The notes below the pieces were generated by a model. It was not told the origin of the DNA and made no database searches. It worked only from the letters and a program-made list of their open reading frames with translations. A program made the position numbers and the translations under genes. Shown here one piece after another: positions 45,759 to 55,276 of a stretch of 60,043 bases of DNA. The stretch comes from a bacterium UBP6_UBA1177 (GTDB taxonomy: Bacteria; UBP6; UBA1177), in contig DBYV01000044.1 in the NCBI GenBank assembly GCA_002310995.1, positions 25,635 to 85,677 of the forward strand. The letters are read 5' to 3'. Every line of letters starts with the position of its first letter. The stretch's first letter is position 1.

Positions 45759-48700
45759 ATGAAGAAATTATTTGTTGTTTTCGCGCTTTTATGCACATTT
45801 TTTATGATTTCCTGCGGAAGCTCAAAAGATAAGGCAAAGCGCGGCGAACTTTACGGCGAATGTTATCCGGACGGAACCTGTAACGAAGGGCTTGTCTGCG
45901 ATACTGAGTATAATGTCTGCATAGAAGATCCCGATTTTGAAGATGACGAAGATAAAATTGACTCAGATGAAATAGATTCTGATTCGATTGATGACATTGA
46001 TAAATTCGATGATACTGAAAACGATGCTGAGCCGGCAGATCCGTGTGATCCTGATCCGTGCAAAGAACTTGAACATTCAAACGGAAAGTGCAAAACGGTT
46101 TCTGAATCACGTTATTCCTGCGGATGTGTTGAAGGATATTATTGGTTGGAAGAGGAAAATATATGTACTGACAGACCGACTCTCGGCAATATATGCTCGG
46201 GGCAGAAATACTGCTACGACGACGGTTTGTTGATCAGCTGTCCTTTATCTGATGAGGATTTTTACGGTCAGGATGCGCAATATGCGGAAGCCGGCACATG
46301 CATACAGCAGAATTTTACAATAAAAAAAGCTCCGGGACAGAATATCGTTGTGGACGACAATACTAGTCTTGAGTGGCAGCAGGCTGCTTCGGATAAAGAA
46401 TATACGTTCGAAGAGGCTAAAAACTATTGCGACGAGTTAGTTTACGGGGGATATTCTGACTGGCGTCTGCCTGAACCGCACGAAATTTTATCGATTGTCA
46501 ATATCGGACAGAACAATTCATTTATAAACAATAACTTCACAAATATATCGGCTGACTATGATGCAGAGTTGTGGACTTCTCACGAATCCAAGTGCTTAAG
46601 AGTTAGTGAAGGGTCATATTCTTATTGCAGTTCACGATCAAAAAATGTGCTGTGTGTTCGCGGCAGCAAAATGAAAAAAGGTCTTTTTTCATCAAAAACC
46701 ATCAATGGAGATATTGTTGTCATTGATGCGGTTACGGCTCTGATCTGGCAGAAAGATTCAGATTTCAGAAGCACTTGGAAAGAGGCTTTGAAATATTGCG
46801 AAAATCTGGATTATGCCGGCAGGCGCGACTGGCGTCTGCCCAATAAAAACGAAGTTATTTCACTGATGGATTTTGACAAATCTGAAGAGCCTTATTCTGA
46901 TTTTCCTGATATACCTGGTTGGTTATGGTCTTCCTCTAATTCTTTTTACGTGGAAGATGCATGGTGCGCGGATTTTTCCAGAGGTTATTTGTCACCGTTA
47001 TGCTATAAAAGGAGTGAGAGTTCAGTTCGTTGCGTTACCGGTGGACGCGGTGTAGATCCTGATGATCCCTGTAATCCGAATCCGTGCGTAAATATCGCCA
47101 ATTCGACAGGGGAATGCAAAAAACTCTCTCCGAAACGTTATTCCTGCGAATGTGCCGAAGGTTATTATTTGTGGGAATCGGAAAACGCCTGTCTTGAAAA
47201 AAAGCCGCTTACCGTCGGTGAGATCTGCACGGGGCAGACACAGTGTTATGACAATGCTTCGGCAGGGGACTGCCGCGAGTTGACCTGCTCCGATTTTTAC
47301 GGTCAGGATGCACAGTATGCGGCTTGGGGAGTCTGTACACCGCAGAACTTCACTGTAAAAACAGTTGACGGGCAAAATATCGTTATAGACAACAACACCG
47401 GTTTTGTCTGGCAACAGTCTCCTTCCTCCGAAGAATACTCTTGGGAAGAAGCAAAAAAACACTGTATTGATTTGAATAAATCCGGTTTTGCCGGTTTCAG
47501 TGGCTGGCGCGCTCCAACAGTGCATGAACTGCTTTCAATTGCGGACAACAGTTCATCTAGTTCCGGAATAAATCCGAATTTTACAAATATAAGTTCCTGC
47601 CTGTGGAGTTCCGAAATATACAGCGATGTAAAATGCAATGTGCTTTGTGTTCACGGAAGTGAAATGCCCAAAGCAGTTTTTATGTCAGAAATGGTAGGTG
47701 AAGATGTTATCGTTACCGATTCAACGACAGGTTTGATATGGCAGAAAAATTATGACTCAAAAAAATGGACAAAGGCTTTGAAATATTGTGAAGATCTGGA
47801 TTATGCCGGCCGCACGGACTGGCGTCTGCCAAATAAAAACGAGCTGGCTTCACTACTGAACCTCACAAAATCTGATCAGTGTTATTCCGATTTTCCAGAT
47901 ATGGACTGCCAGCCATGTGTATTCTGGTCTTCATCCGCGCCTGTCAGAGTGGACGACAATGACTATGCATGGTTTGTCGATTTCAAAAGCGGAGTAGCTA
48001 ACACCAATCGAAAGATAGAAAACTACGCAGTCCGCTGTGTTGCAGGAGGAGGCGTTATCAAACTTGAAGATCCGTGTGAGCCCAACCCGTGCGGAAATTT
48101 TTCAAATTCAACCGGAGTATGTCAGGCAAGTTCGGAAATACTTTATTCATGCGGATGTGCTGATGGATATTACTGGTGGGGAGTTGAAGCGGGATGTGTT
48201 GCTGCAAAACCTATGTCGATAGGCAAAATCTGCACGGGACAGACAAAGTGCTACGGTGAAAATCAAGTGTTTGAAACTTGTCCGGCAGAGGGAGAAGACT
48301 TTTACGGTCAGGATGCTCACTATGCGGCCTTGGGAATTTGTCTGCCGCCGAGTTTTAGTTTAGATGAAACGGTTCCTGAACAAAAACTTATTGTGGACAA
48401 CAATACCGGTCTGAAGTGGCAGCAGACACTTGACGAAAACACATACACTTGGGAAGATGCGCAGAATTATTGCAATAACCTGAATTATGCAGGCTACAGC
48501 AGTGGTTGGCGAGTTCCAACACCGATAGAATATACGACAATAAATAAGACTGATTTTACGAATATGACATCTCCGTATCTCTGGACTTCAAAAAGTTTTA
48601 ACAGTAATAATGCACGGACTTTTAACCCGTCAGGCGGAACAACTGGATATACTTCAAAACCATTCACTTATCAGGTGATATGTGTTCACGGCAGCGAAAT

Positions 48701-49079
48701 GCCAAAAGGAGTTTTTACAACAAAAACAGTGAATGACGATGTCGTTGTAAACGATCTGATAACAGGTTTGATGTGGCAGAAAGATTGGAATTCCAGAATC
48801 ACTTGGAAGGAGGCTTTAAAATATTGCGAAGATCTGGATTATGCCGGCTATACTGACTGGCGTCTGCCAAATAAAAACGAGCTTGCATCACTCATAAACT
48901 TTGATAAATCAATGGAAGTCTATTCCGATTTCCCCGATCTTATACCGTCGGATGACCGCTTCTGGTCATCTACCAACATCGGCAGTCAAGCAAATTTTAT
49001 TAGTTTTTCCGGCGGGTATGTAGGGCGCGACGGCAAAAGCTATACTTATTTCGGCAGATGCGTGAGAAACGCAGATTAA
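45759..49079 (+). CDS. Large lipoprotein with 3 x (EGF-like + 2 x DUF1566) modules
   Basis: Signal ending MISC; three DPCxPxPC units; repeated FYGQDAQY, DNNTGLxW, WRLPNKNEL, VRCV. Confidence 0.88.
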   Translation: MKKLFVVFALLCTFFMISCGSSKDKAKRGELYGECYPDGTCNEGLVCDTEYNVCIEDPDFEDDEDKIDSDEIDSDSIDDIDKFDDTENDAEPADPCDPDPCKELEHSNGKCKTVSESRYSCGCVEGYYWLEEENICTDRPTLGNICSGQKYCYDDGLLISCPLSDEDFYGQDAQYAEAGTCIQQNFTIKKAPGQNIVVDDNTSLEWQQAASDKEYTFEEAKNYCDELVYGGYSDWRLPEPHEILSIVNIGQNNSFINNNFTNISADYDAELWTSHESKCLRVSEGSYSYCSSRSKNVLCVRGSKMKKGLFSSKTINGDIVVIDAVTALIWQKDSDFRSTWKEALKYCENLDYAGRRDWRLPNKNEVISLMDFDKSEEPYSDFPDIPGWLWSSSNSFYVEDAWCADFSRGYLSPLCYKRSESSVRCVTGGRGVDPDDPCNPNPCVNIANSTGECKKLSPKRYSCECAEGYYLWESENACLEKKPLTVGEICTGQTQCYDNASAGDCRELTCSDFYGQDAQYAAWGVCTPQNFTVKTVDGQNIVIDNNTGFVWQQSPSSEEYSWEEAKKHCIDLNKSGFAGFSGWRAPTVHELLSIADNSSSSSGINPNFTNISSCLWSSEIYSDVKCNVLCVHGSEMPKAVFMSEMVGEDVIVTDSTTGLIWQKNYDSKKWTKALKYCEDLDYAGRTDWRLPNKNELASLLNLTKSDQCYSDFPDMDCQPCVFWSSSAPVRVDDNDYAWFVDFKSGVANTNRKIENYAVRCVAGGGVIKLEDPCEPNPCGNFSNSTGVCQASSEILYSCGCADGYYWWGVEAGCVAAKPMSIGKICTGQTKCYGENQVFETCPAEGEDFYGQDAHYAALGICLPPSFSLDETVPEQKLIVDNNTGLKWQQTLDENTYTWEDAQNYCNNLNYAGYSSGWRVPTPIEYTTINKTDFTNMTSPYLWTSKSFNSNNARTFNPSGGTTGYTSKPFTYQVICVHGSEMPKGVFTTKTVNDDVVVNDLITGLMWQKDWNSRITWKEALKYCEDLDYAGYTDWRLPNKNELASLINFDKSMEVYSDFPDLIPSDDRFWSSTNIGSQANFISFSGGYVGRDGKSYTYFGRCVRNAD

Positions 49080-49160
49080 CTCAATCCTTTTATTAAATTA
49101 TTTCCAGAAACTCTTCGATTTTAGTCTTAAATTTTTTCTTGAAAAATCCATTTTTTGTAG

Positions 49161-49248
49161 TTATAAGTGCGCATAATCGGAGTTTATTGGTATTTTATAC
49201 CTGCGCATAATCGGTTTTTGTGCCGTTTTTATAAGTGCGCATAATGAA
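49161..49248. repeat. Three ~20-bp direct repeats at exact 34-bp period (core TGCGCATAAT)
   Basis: ttataagtgcgcataatcgg (49161), ttatacctgcgcataatcgg (49195), ttataagtgcgcataatgaa (49229). Confidence 0.9.
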
Positions 49249-49287
49249 CGAACCCGCATGACTTTCTGTTTGTAAAAAATATTTAAT

Positions 49288-49315
49288 TTGCCAGCATCTT
49301 GAAGATGTATAAAAT
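49288..49315 (+). promoter_or_regulatory. Sigma70-like promoter
   Basis: TTGCCA-N16-TAAAAT then aCCGCagTTTTTT. Confidence 0.6.
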
Positions 49316-49351
49316 ACCGCAGTTTTTTCGGGGTCTGTTTTGGAGGAAAAA

Positions 49352-52300
49352 ATGAAGAAAATCCTTTTCTATATGCTGCTTTTTCTTGCGGTGCTTTTTC
49401 TTGCAACTGTCAGCGGATGTTCGAAAAACAACGGAAAAAAACGCGGAGAGATTTACGGCGAATGTTATCCGAACAAAACCTGCAATAAAGGGCTGATCTG
49501 TGATACAGAAGAGAATGTCTGCATACAAGATCCTGATTTTGAAAAAGATGACGAAGATAGAATTTCTTCAGATATGGATTCTGATGAGACGGATATCGAT
49601 TTGACAGACGATAATAATACAACAAATGATTCTGACAATGAGGCTGAACCAGTAGAACCGGATGAAAACAACATTACAGGCAAATTTACTCTCGGTAACA
49701 TCTGCACCGGGCAGACATTCTGCTACGACACGGCTTCATGGATGAGCTGTCCGGTATTCGGTGATGATTTTTATGGTCAGGATGCTCAATATGCTGAAGC
49801 GGGAACCTGCAAACCGCAGAATTTTACGGTGAAAACGGTTTCTGAGCAGAATATGGTTGTTGACAACAACACAGGTCTCGAGTGGCAGGAGAAAATTTCG
49901 ACAGAAACCTATACTTTTAAAGAAGCTGAAAACTATTGCAGCGAATCGGTTTACGGCGGTTATTCCGACTGGCGTGTGCCTTCGCCCCAGGAGTTGCTTA
50001 CTATAGTTGACAGCAGCAGGTTTAATCCTGCGACAAATTCTATATTTACCAATATGCCGGATGATAAAGAGATTTATTTATGGACTTCCAAAGAATCTCG
50101 TTATTTTGTCGTTGCCGAAGGATTATATTCTTATTACGGAAACAATGCAAACAGCTATAATGTGCTTTGTGTCCGCGGCAGAAAAATGCCGGAAGCTCTT
50201 TTTACGTCAGAAACAGTCAAAGGTGATATCGTTGTTACCGATTCAACAACTGATTTGATCTGGCAGAAAGATTCCGGTTATACCGGCAGTTGGAAGGAAG
50301 CCTTGAAATATTGCGAAGATCTGGATTATGCAGGTTATACAACATGGCGTTTGCCGAACAAAAATGAAGCCGCTTCCTTGTTGAACCTCAATAGAGCGGA
50401 AGCGCCTTATTCCGATTTTCCCGATATGCCGGTTGACGGGTTCTGGTCTTCCACTTCTTACGGAGAGGGGGAACTCGCATGGTGGGCTGATTTTTACAGC
50501 GGCCGTGTTTTCCGCAGTTCCAAAGATGAAAATTTCGCAGTTCGCTGCGTCACTGGCGGGAATGGTGTGAAAACAGCCAATCCGTGTGACCCGAATCCGT
50601 GCGAAAGTCTTTCCAATTCGACGGGAGAGTGCAGAACAATTTCGGAAAAACTCTATTCCTGCGGCTGTGCCGACGGATATTACTGGTGGGATTCGGAGTT
50701 GAAGTGTACCGACAAAAAGCCGCTTTCTCTCGGTGAGATCTGCACTGGACAGACGAAATGCTATGATTATCCGGAACAGGTAGAGTGCTCGGAAATGACC
50801 AATGCCAAAGCTTACGGTCAGGATGCGCAGTATGCCGGATGGGGAGTATGCGAACCTCAGAATTTTACGGTGAAAACTGTTGAAGGACAAAAGATCGTTG
50901 TAGACAACAATACAGGATTAAAGTGGATGAAGTCTCCTTCTTCAGAGACACACCATTGGATAGAGGCTCAGGTCTACTGTGATAATCTGAATCTGTCAGG
51001 TTATGCAGGTTATGACCGGGGCTGGCGTGTTCCGACACCGCAGGAGTTGCTGACTATCGTTGACAACAGCAACTATTATCCCGTTTTGGATTCAAGTTTT
51101 TCAAAACTGAACGGTAACGGTTGTTTGTGGACTTCACAGCAATGCAGCGTATATGTTGAAAATTCAGAAGAAGTGTATAGATTCGAAAATTCTTCCGGTA
51201 AAATAGTTCCTACTATAAAACAGGACAACTGTAACGCGCTTTGTGTTAACGGAAAAGAGATGGGAAAAGCTGTTTTGATGTCGCAAACAGTTGACGGAGA
51301 TGTCGTTGTCACCGATTCGACTACAGGTCTGATATGGCAGAAAGAGTATGGTAAGCAGGATTGGACAGGTGCCTTAAGATATTGCGAAGAGCTGGTTTAT
51401 GCCGGTCGTGCCGACTGGCGTCTGCCAAACAAAAACGAGCTGGCCTCGCTGCTCAACTACGACAAGACCGAACCTCCGTATTCAGATTTTCCCGATACGC
51501 CGAGCGGTTCGGACAGTAATTTCCGGACTTCGACCCCTTATCAAGACAGCGGTACAAGATATCCGAACTTTTGGGTCGTTTATTTCGAAGACGGCAGTAT
51601 CTTACCAAATCAGAGCACGACTTTGTCTGTCCGCTGCGTCACAGGAGGACGCGATCTCAAATTCGGAAATCCGTGTGATCCGAATCCGTGCGGGAATCTT
51701 GCGAATTCGACAGGAGAGTGCACTTCATTATCCGAAACACGTTATTTATGCGGATGCTCCGACGGATATTACTGGTGGGATGCTGAAAACGGCTGTGTTG
51801 ACACAAAACCGCCGAGTCTCGCTGAAATATGCACAGGGCTTACAAGCTGTTACAACGACAATCACCAGATAATCACATGCCCGTCATCTGAAGAAGATGA
51901 TTTTTTTGGTCAGGATGCTCAGTATGCGGAAGCCGGAGTCTGCAGACAGCATAGTTTTACGGTAAAAACAATCTCCGGACAGAACATCATCATGGACAAC
52001 AACACCGGATTGGAGTGGCAGCAGGAAATAACAGGAGGATATGTTTTTGAAGATGCCTTGAATTACTGTAATACTCTGAATTATGCCGGTTACAGCAGCG
52101 GCTGGCGTGTTCCTTCGCCTCAGGAACTGCTGACGATCGTTGACTATAGCAATTACCGTCCGACAATAGATACAGCGATTTTTACAAATATGACCGCTAT
52201 GACAACGGAAGATCACCAACTTTGGACTTCAAAAAGCAGGGACGGAAGTGTTGCGAGGGTATTTAATCCGGTCAACGGATCAATAAAATCCCGGGAAAAA

Positions 52301-52711
52301 TCTTCAGGAACAAAAGTAATTTGTGTTCACGGCAGCCGGATGGCTCACTCTGTTTTTGTATCAGAAACAGTGGATGGGGATGTCGTCGTGACCGATCTTA
52401 CTTCAGGTCTGATGTGGCAGAAAAAAGGCGATTTCTCAGGCAATTGGAGTACGGCACTGAAATATTGCAAAGATCTGGATTATGCCGGATATTCCGATTG
52501 GAGGCTGCCGAATAAAAACGAACTCGCTTCACTGCTGAATTACGACAGGCGGATGTCTCCGTATTCTGATTTTCCGGACATGTCGCGATACAGTGAGGGA
52601 AACCGGTTTTTGTCCTCCACCAATAACGACGGTCCGGCATGGAATGTGGATTTTTATTCAGGTATAGTGAGTAACGATAACAACAGATCAAATATCAGGT
52701 GTGTGAGATAG
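49352..52711 (+). CDS. Large lipoprotein with six DUF1566 domains and two EGF-like units (paralog of the 45759 gene)
   Basis: Signal ending VSGC; shared GExYGECYP...C...G..CD N-terminal module; three DUF1566 pairs. Confidence 0.88.
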   Translation: MKKILFYMLLFLAVLFLATVSGCSKNNGKKRGEIYGECYPNKTCNKGLICDTEENVCIQDPDFEKDDEDRISSDMDSDETDIDLTDDNNTTNDSDNEAEPVEPDENNITGKFTLGNICTGQTFCYDTASWMSCPVFGDDFYGQDAQYAEAGTCKPQNFTVKTVSEQNMVVDNNTGLEWQEKISTETYTFKEAENYCSESVYGGYSDWRVPSPQELLTIVDSSRFNPATNSIFTNMPDDKEIYLWTSKESRYFVVAEGLYSYYGNNANSYNVLCVRGRKMPEALFTSETVKGDIVVTDSTTDLIWQKDSGYTGSWKEALKYCEDLDYAGYTTWRLPNKNEAASLLNLNRAEAPYSDFPDMPVDGFWSSTSYGEGELAWWADFYSGRVFRSSKDENFAVRCVTGGNGVKTANPCDPNPCESLSNSTGECRTISEKLYSCGCADGYYWWDSELKCTDKKPLSLGEICTGQTKCYDYPEQVECSEMTNAKAYGQDAQYAGWGVCEPQNFTVKTVEGQKIVVDNNTGLKWMKSPSSETHHWIEAQVYCDNLNLSGYAGYDRGWRVPTPQELLTIVDNSNYYPVLDSSFSKLNGNGCLWTSQQCSVYVENSEEVYRFENSSGKIVPTIKQDNCNALCVNGKEMGKAVLMSQTVDGDVVVTDSTTGLIWQKEYGKQDWTGALRYCEELVYAGRADWRLPNKNELASLLNYDKTEPPYSDFPDTPSGSDSNFRTSTPYQDSGTRYPNFWVVYFEDGSILPNQSTTLSVRCVTGGRDLKFGNPCDPNPCGNLANSTGECTSLSETRYLCGCSDGYYWWDAENGCVDTKPPSLAEICTGLTSCYNDNHQIITCPSSEEDDFFGQDAQYAEAGVCRQHSFTVKTISGQNIIMDNNTGLEWQQEITGGYVFEDALNYCNTLNYAGYSSGWRVPSPQELLTIVDYSNYRPTIDTAIFTNMTAMTTEDHQLWTSKSRDGSVARVFNPVNGSIKSREKSSGTKVICVHGSRMAHSVFVSETVDGDVVVTDLTSGLMWQKKGDFSGNWSTALKYCKDLDYAGYSDWRLPNKNELASLLNYDRRMSPYSDFPDMSRYSEGNRFLSSTNNDGPAWNVDFYSGIVSNDNNRSNIRCVR

Positions 52712-52833
52712 CGTAAACACTTTCTGCAAAATAATTCCCCCAAAATTTAATAAGTAAAAAAATTACTATTTTTTTTCAGATGGCTATAATACGCCGTTTT
52801 GTTTTTTACTAACCGTTTTTTTAGGAGTTTGAA

Positions 52834-54255
52834 ATGGCAGAAAAGAAAGCGGCAAAGAAAGCCGAAAAATTCGATCCGAAGACCCTGACCTATTCCAAAA
52901 AATCAGGCTGGGACGGTATCTCCGAAGCTAAGATGAAAGAGATCATGGACTTCGCTGAAGGTTACAAAAAATTCCTCACTGACGCTAAAACCGAGCGTGA
53001 AGCTGTCAGCACGATCTTCGAACTTGCAAAAGCGAAAGGCTACAAAAACATCGAAAACGCAAAAGCAACCGACAAGAAGATTTTCATCAACTTCGACAAC
53101 GTTGCATGCGTTCTCGCTGAAATCAATCACACCGATTTCGAAAAAGGCTGGCTCATGGTCGGTTCACATATCGACACGCCGAGACTCGACCTCAAAGGCT
53201 ATCCGCTTTACGAGAAAGAGGATATGGCTTACTTCAAAACGCACTACTACGGTGGAATCAAAAAATATCAGTGGGTTACGAGAGCTCTCGCACTTCACGG
53301 CGTTGTAATCACCGAAGCAGGCAAAACGGTTAACGTTGTTGTCGGCGAAGACGAAAACGATCCTGTTTTTACAATCAACGACCTTCTTCCGCACCTCGCT
53401 CAGGAGCAGATGGAAAAAGGAGCAAGAAAGGTAATCGAAGGCGAGAATATGAACATTCTCATCGGCTCGATTCCTTATTCCTTCAAATATGACAAAGACA
53501 GCGTAAAACTCGCTATCCTTGATTTCCTCTACAAAAAATACGGCTTCAAAGAGGAAGATTTCGTTTCTGCCGAGCTTCAGCTTGTTCCGGCTGGAAAGGC
53601 AAGAGATGTCGGCTTCGACAGAAGTTTTGTCGGTGCTCACGGCCAGGACGACAGAATCTGCGCTTACAGTGCGTTGCAGGCAATTTTTGACGCAGGCAAA
53701 ACGAAAGAGAACAAGTTTGCGATGTTCTTCGACAAAGAAGAAATCGGCTCGAAAGGTAACTCCGGCGCAAACTCCAACATTCTTGAAAGAGCTGTCAACA
53801 AACTTATAAACCTTTACGGAAAAGGCGATTACAATACACTCATCAACTCTCTTGCAAACAGTAAGTTCCTCAGCTCCGACGTCAATGCGGGTGTCGAACC
53901 TGAATGGGCAGGCGCTTTTGAACCGATGAACGCAGGAAAGGTCGGCTGGGGCGTATGCCTTACAAAGTTCACCGGCGTAGGCGGCAAAGGCAACTCCAAC
54001 GAAGCACATGCTGAATTTGTTGCAAAATGCAGAGCTGCTTTCAACAAAGACGACGCACGCTGGCAGACAGCAGAACTCGGAAGAGTAGACCTTGGCGGCG
54101 GCGGCACAATCGCTATGTTCATCGCTGAATACGGAATGCAGGTTCTTGATGTCGGCACACCGATCCTTTCGATGCACAGCCCGTTTGAAGTTGCTTCGAA
54201 AGCTGACCTTTACAACACCTATCTTTCCTACAAAGCATTTTACAAATATCTTTAA
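52834..54255 (+). CDS. M18-family aminopeptidase
   Basis: SHIDTPR, QDDR, KEEIGS, SSDV, SMHSPFE zinc-ligand motifs. Confidence 0.92.
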   Translation: MAEKKAAKKAEKFDPKTLTYSKKSGWDGISEAKMKEIMDFAEGYKKFLTDAKTEREAVSTIFELAKAKGYKNIENAKATDKKIFINFDNVACVLAEINHTDFEKGWLMVGSHIDTPRLDLKGYPLYEKEDMAYFKTHYYGGIKKYQWVTRALALHGVVITEAGKTVNVVVGEDENDPVFTINDLLPHLAQEQMEKGARKVIEGENMNILIGSIPYSFKYDKDSVKLAILDFLYKKYGFKEEDFVSAELQLVPAGKARDVGFDRSFVGAHGQDDRICAYSALQAIFDAGKTKENKFAMFFDKEEIGSKGNSGANSNILERAVNKLINLYGKGDYNTLINSLANSKFLSSDVNAGVEPEWAGAFEPMNAGKVGWGVCLTKFTGVGGKGNSNEAHAEFVAKCRAAFNKDDARWQTAELGRVDLGGGGTIAMFIAEYGMQVLDVGTPILSMHSPFEVASKADLYNTYLSYKAFYKYL

Positions 54256-54272
54256 CGGCTAACGGTTTTTTC

Positions 54273-54920
54273 ATGCAAAAAATTCTTATATTTTTCATCG
54301 TTTTTCTACAGTTTTTCTCTGTTTTTGCGGCAGACGATTCTGCCAATAAAACGCAGAATGCAGAGAAGTGGAAATTCGTTGGTGAAGAGGACGGGCTTAA
54401 ACTTTACGAGCGCAACCACGAAGGTTCCGATATCAAAGAGGTCAAGGCGGTTGTCACTTATCAGGGAACAATTCAGGAAGCTGTCGATATTATGTTCGAC
54501 AGGCTTAAACATCCGCAGATATTCAAATATATAACATTTTCGGATGTTCTCAAAAAGAATGATAAATGCGACTGGTCTTATAACCAGATTTCGGTTCCGG
54601 TGGCTTCCAACCGCGATTACTACGTCAAATCTTGCAGAGTTGACAACAAAGACGGTTCTGTTTCGGTAACGTGGGTTCCGTTCGACGATCCGAAATATCC
54701 TGTGACCGACAAATTTGTCCGCGTGGCTGACAACAAGGGCTTCTACAAATTTACGCAGGTTGAGCCTGACAAAATAAAAGTTGATTACTACATTTACAAC
54801 GATCCGGGCGGCTCTCTTCCCGTTTTTGTCAAGAACATTGCGGCAAGACAAGCCGTTAAGGATACGTTGTGGACGCTCCATAAAGAAATAATGAAGCGCC
54901 GTGCGGCATCGAAAAAATAG
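54273..54920 (+). CDS. Secreted START-domain (lipid-binding) protein
   Basis: Signal peptide, WKFVGEEDGLKLY, PVASNRDY, DPGGSLP. Confidence 0.8.
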   Translation: MQKILIFFIVFLQFFSVFAADDSANKTQNAEKWKFVGEEDGLKLYERNHEGSDIKEVKAVVTYQGTIQEAVDIMFDRLKHPQIFKYITFSDVLKKNDKCDWSYNQISVPVASNRDYYVKSCRVDNKDGSVSVTWVPFDDPKYPVTDKFVRVADNKGFYKFTQVEPDKIKVDYYIYNDPGGSLPVFVKNIAARQAVKDTLWTLHKEIMKRRAASKK

Positions 54921-54959
54921 TCATCGCTTATTCAATCGTTTTATTAGTTCGGAGACGAT

Positions 54960-55274
54960 ATGTCTGATTTCTTAACAAAAAAAACGCCCAAGCGTTCGAT
55001 TGAAACAAATCTCAAACTGAAAGAACCCGATATGTACAAAGTCGTGATGCTGAACGACAACTACACAACAATGGAGTTTGTTGTCGAAATCCTGATCGAC
55101 ATTTTCGGAAAAAGTGAGGCTGAAGCCCGCAAAATAATGCTCGCAGTTCACAAACAGGGGCGCGGAGTGGCCGGAATTTACGTCTACGACATCGCTGTTT
55201 CCAAAATCGCGCAGGTTGACGAAGCGGCGAAAAAGAAAGGGTTCCCGCTCAAATGTATCGTTGAAAAGGAGTAA
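54960..55274 (+). CDS. clpS: ClpS adaptor
   Basis: YKVVMLNDNYTTMEFVV, MLAVHKQGRG, FPL. Confidence 0.96.
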   Translation: MSDFLTKKTPKRSIETNLKLKEPDMYKVVMLNDNYTTMEFVVEILIDIFGKSEAEARKIMLAVHKQGRGVAGIYVYDIAVSKIAQVDEAAKKKGFPLKCIVEKE

Positions 55275-55276
55275 CT

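Noticed and set aside
49161-49248. CRISPR mini-array
   Set aside because: Repeats are about 20 bp with 14-bp gaps, far too short for spacers, and no cas genes are present.
45759-52711. Complete diversity-generating retroelement
   Set aside because: No reverse transcriptase, Avd or non-coding template repeat found in the window; kept only as a hypothesis.
53164-54177. 337-aa minus-strand ORF
   Set aside because: Antisense to a strongly codon-biased M18 aminopeptidase gene; such bias commonly leaves the opposite frame open.
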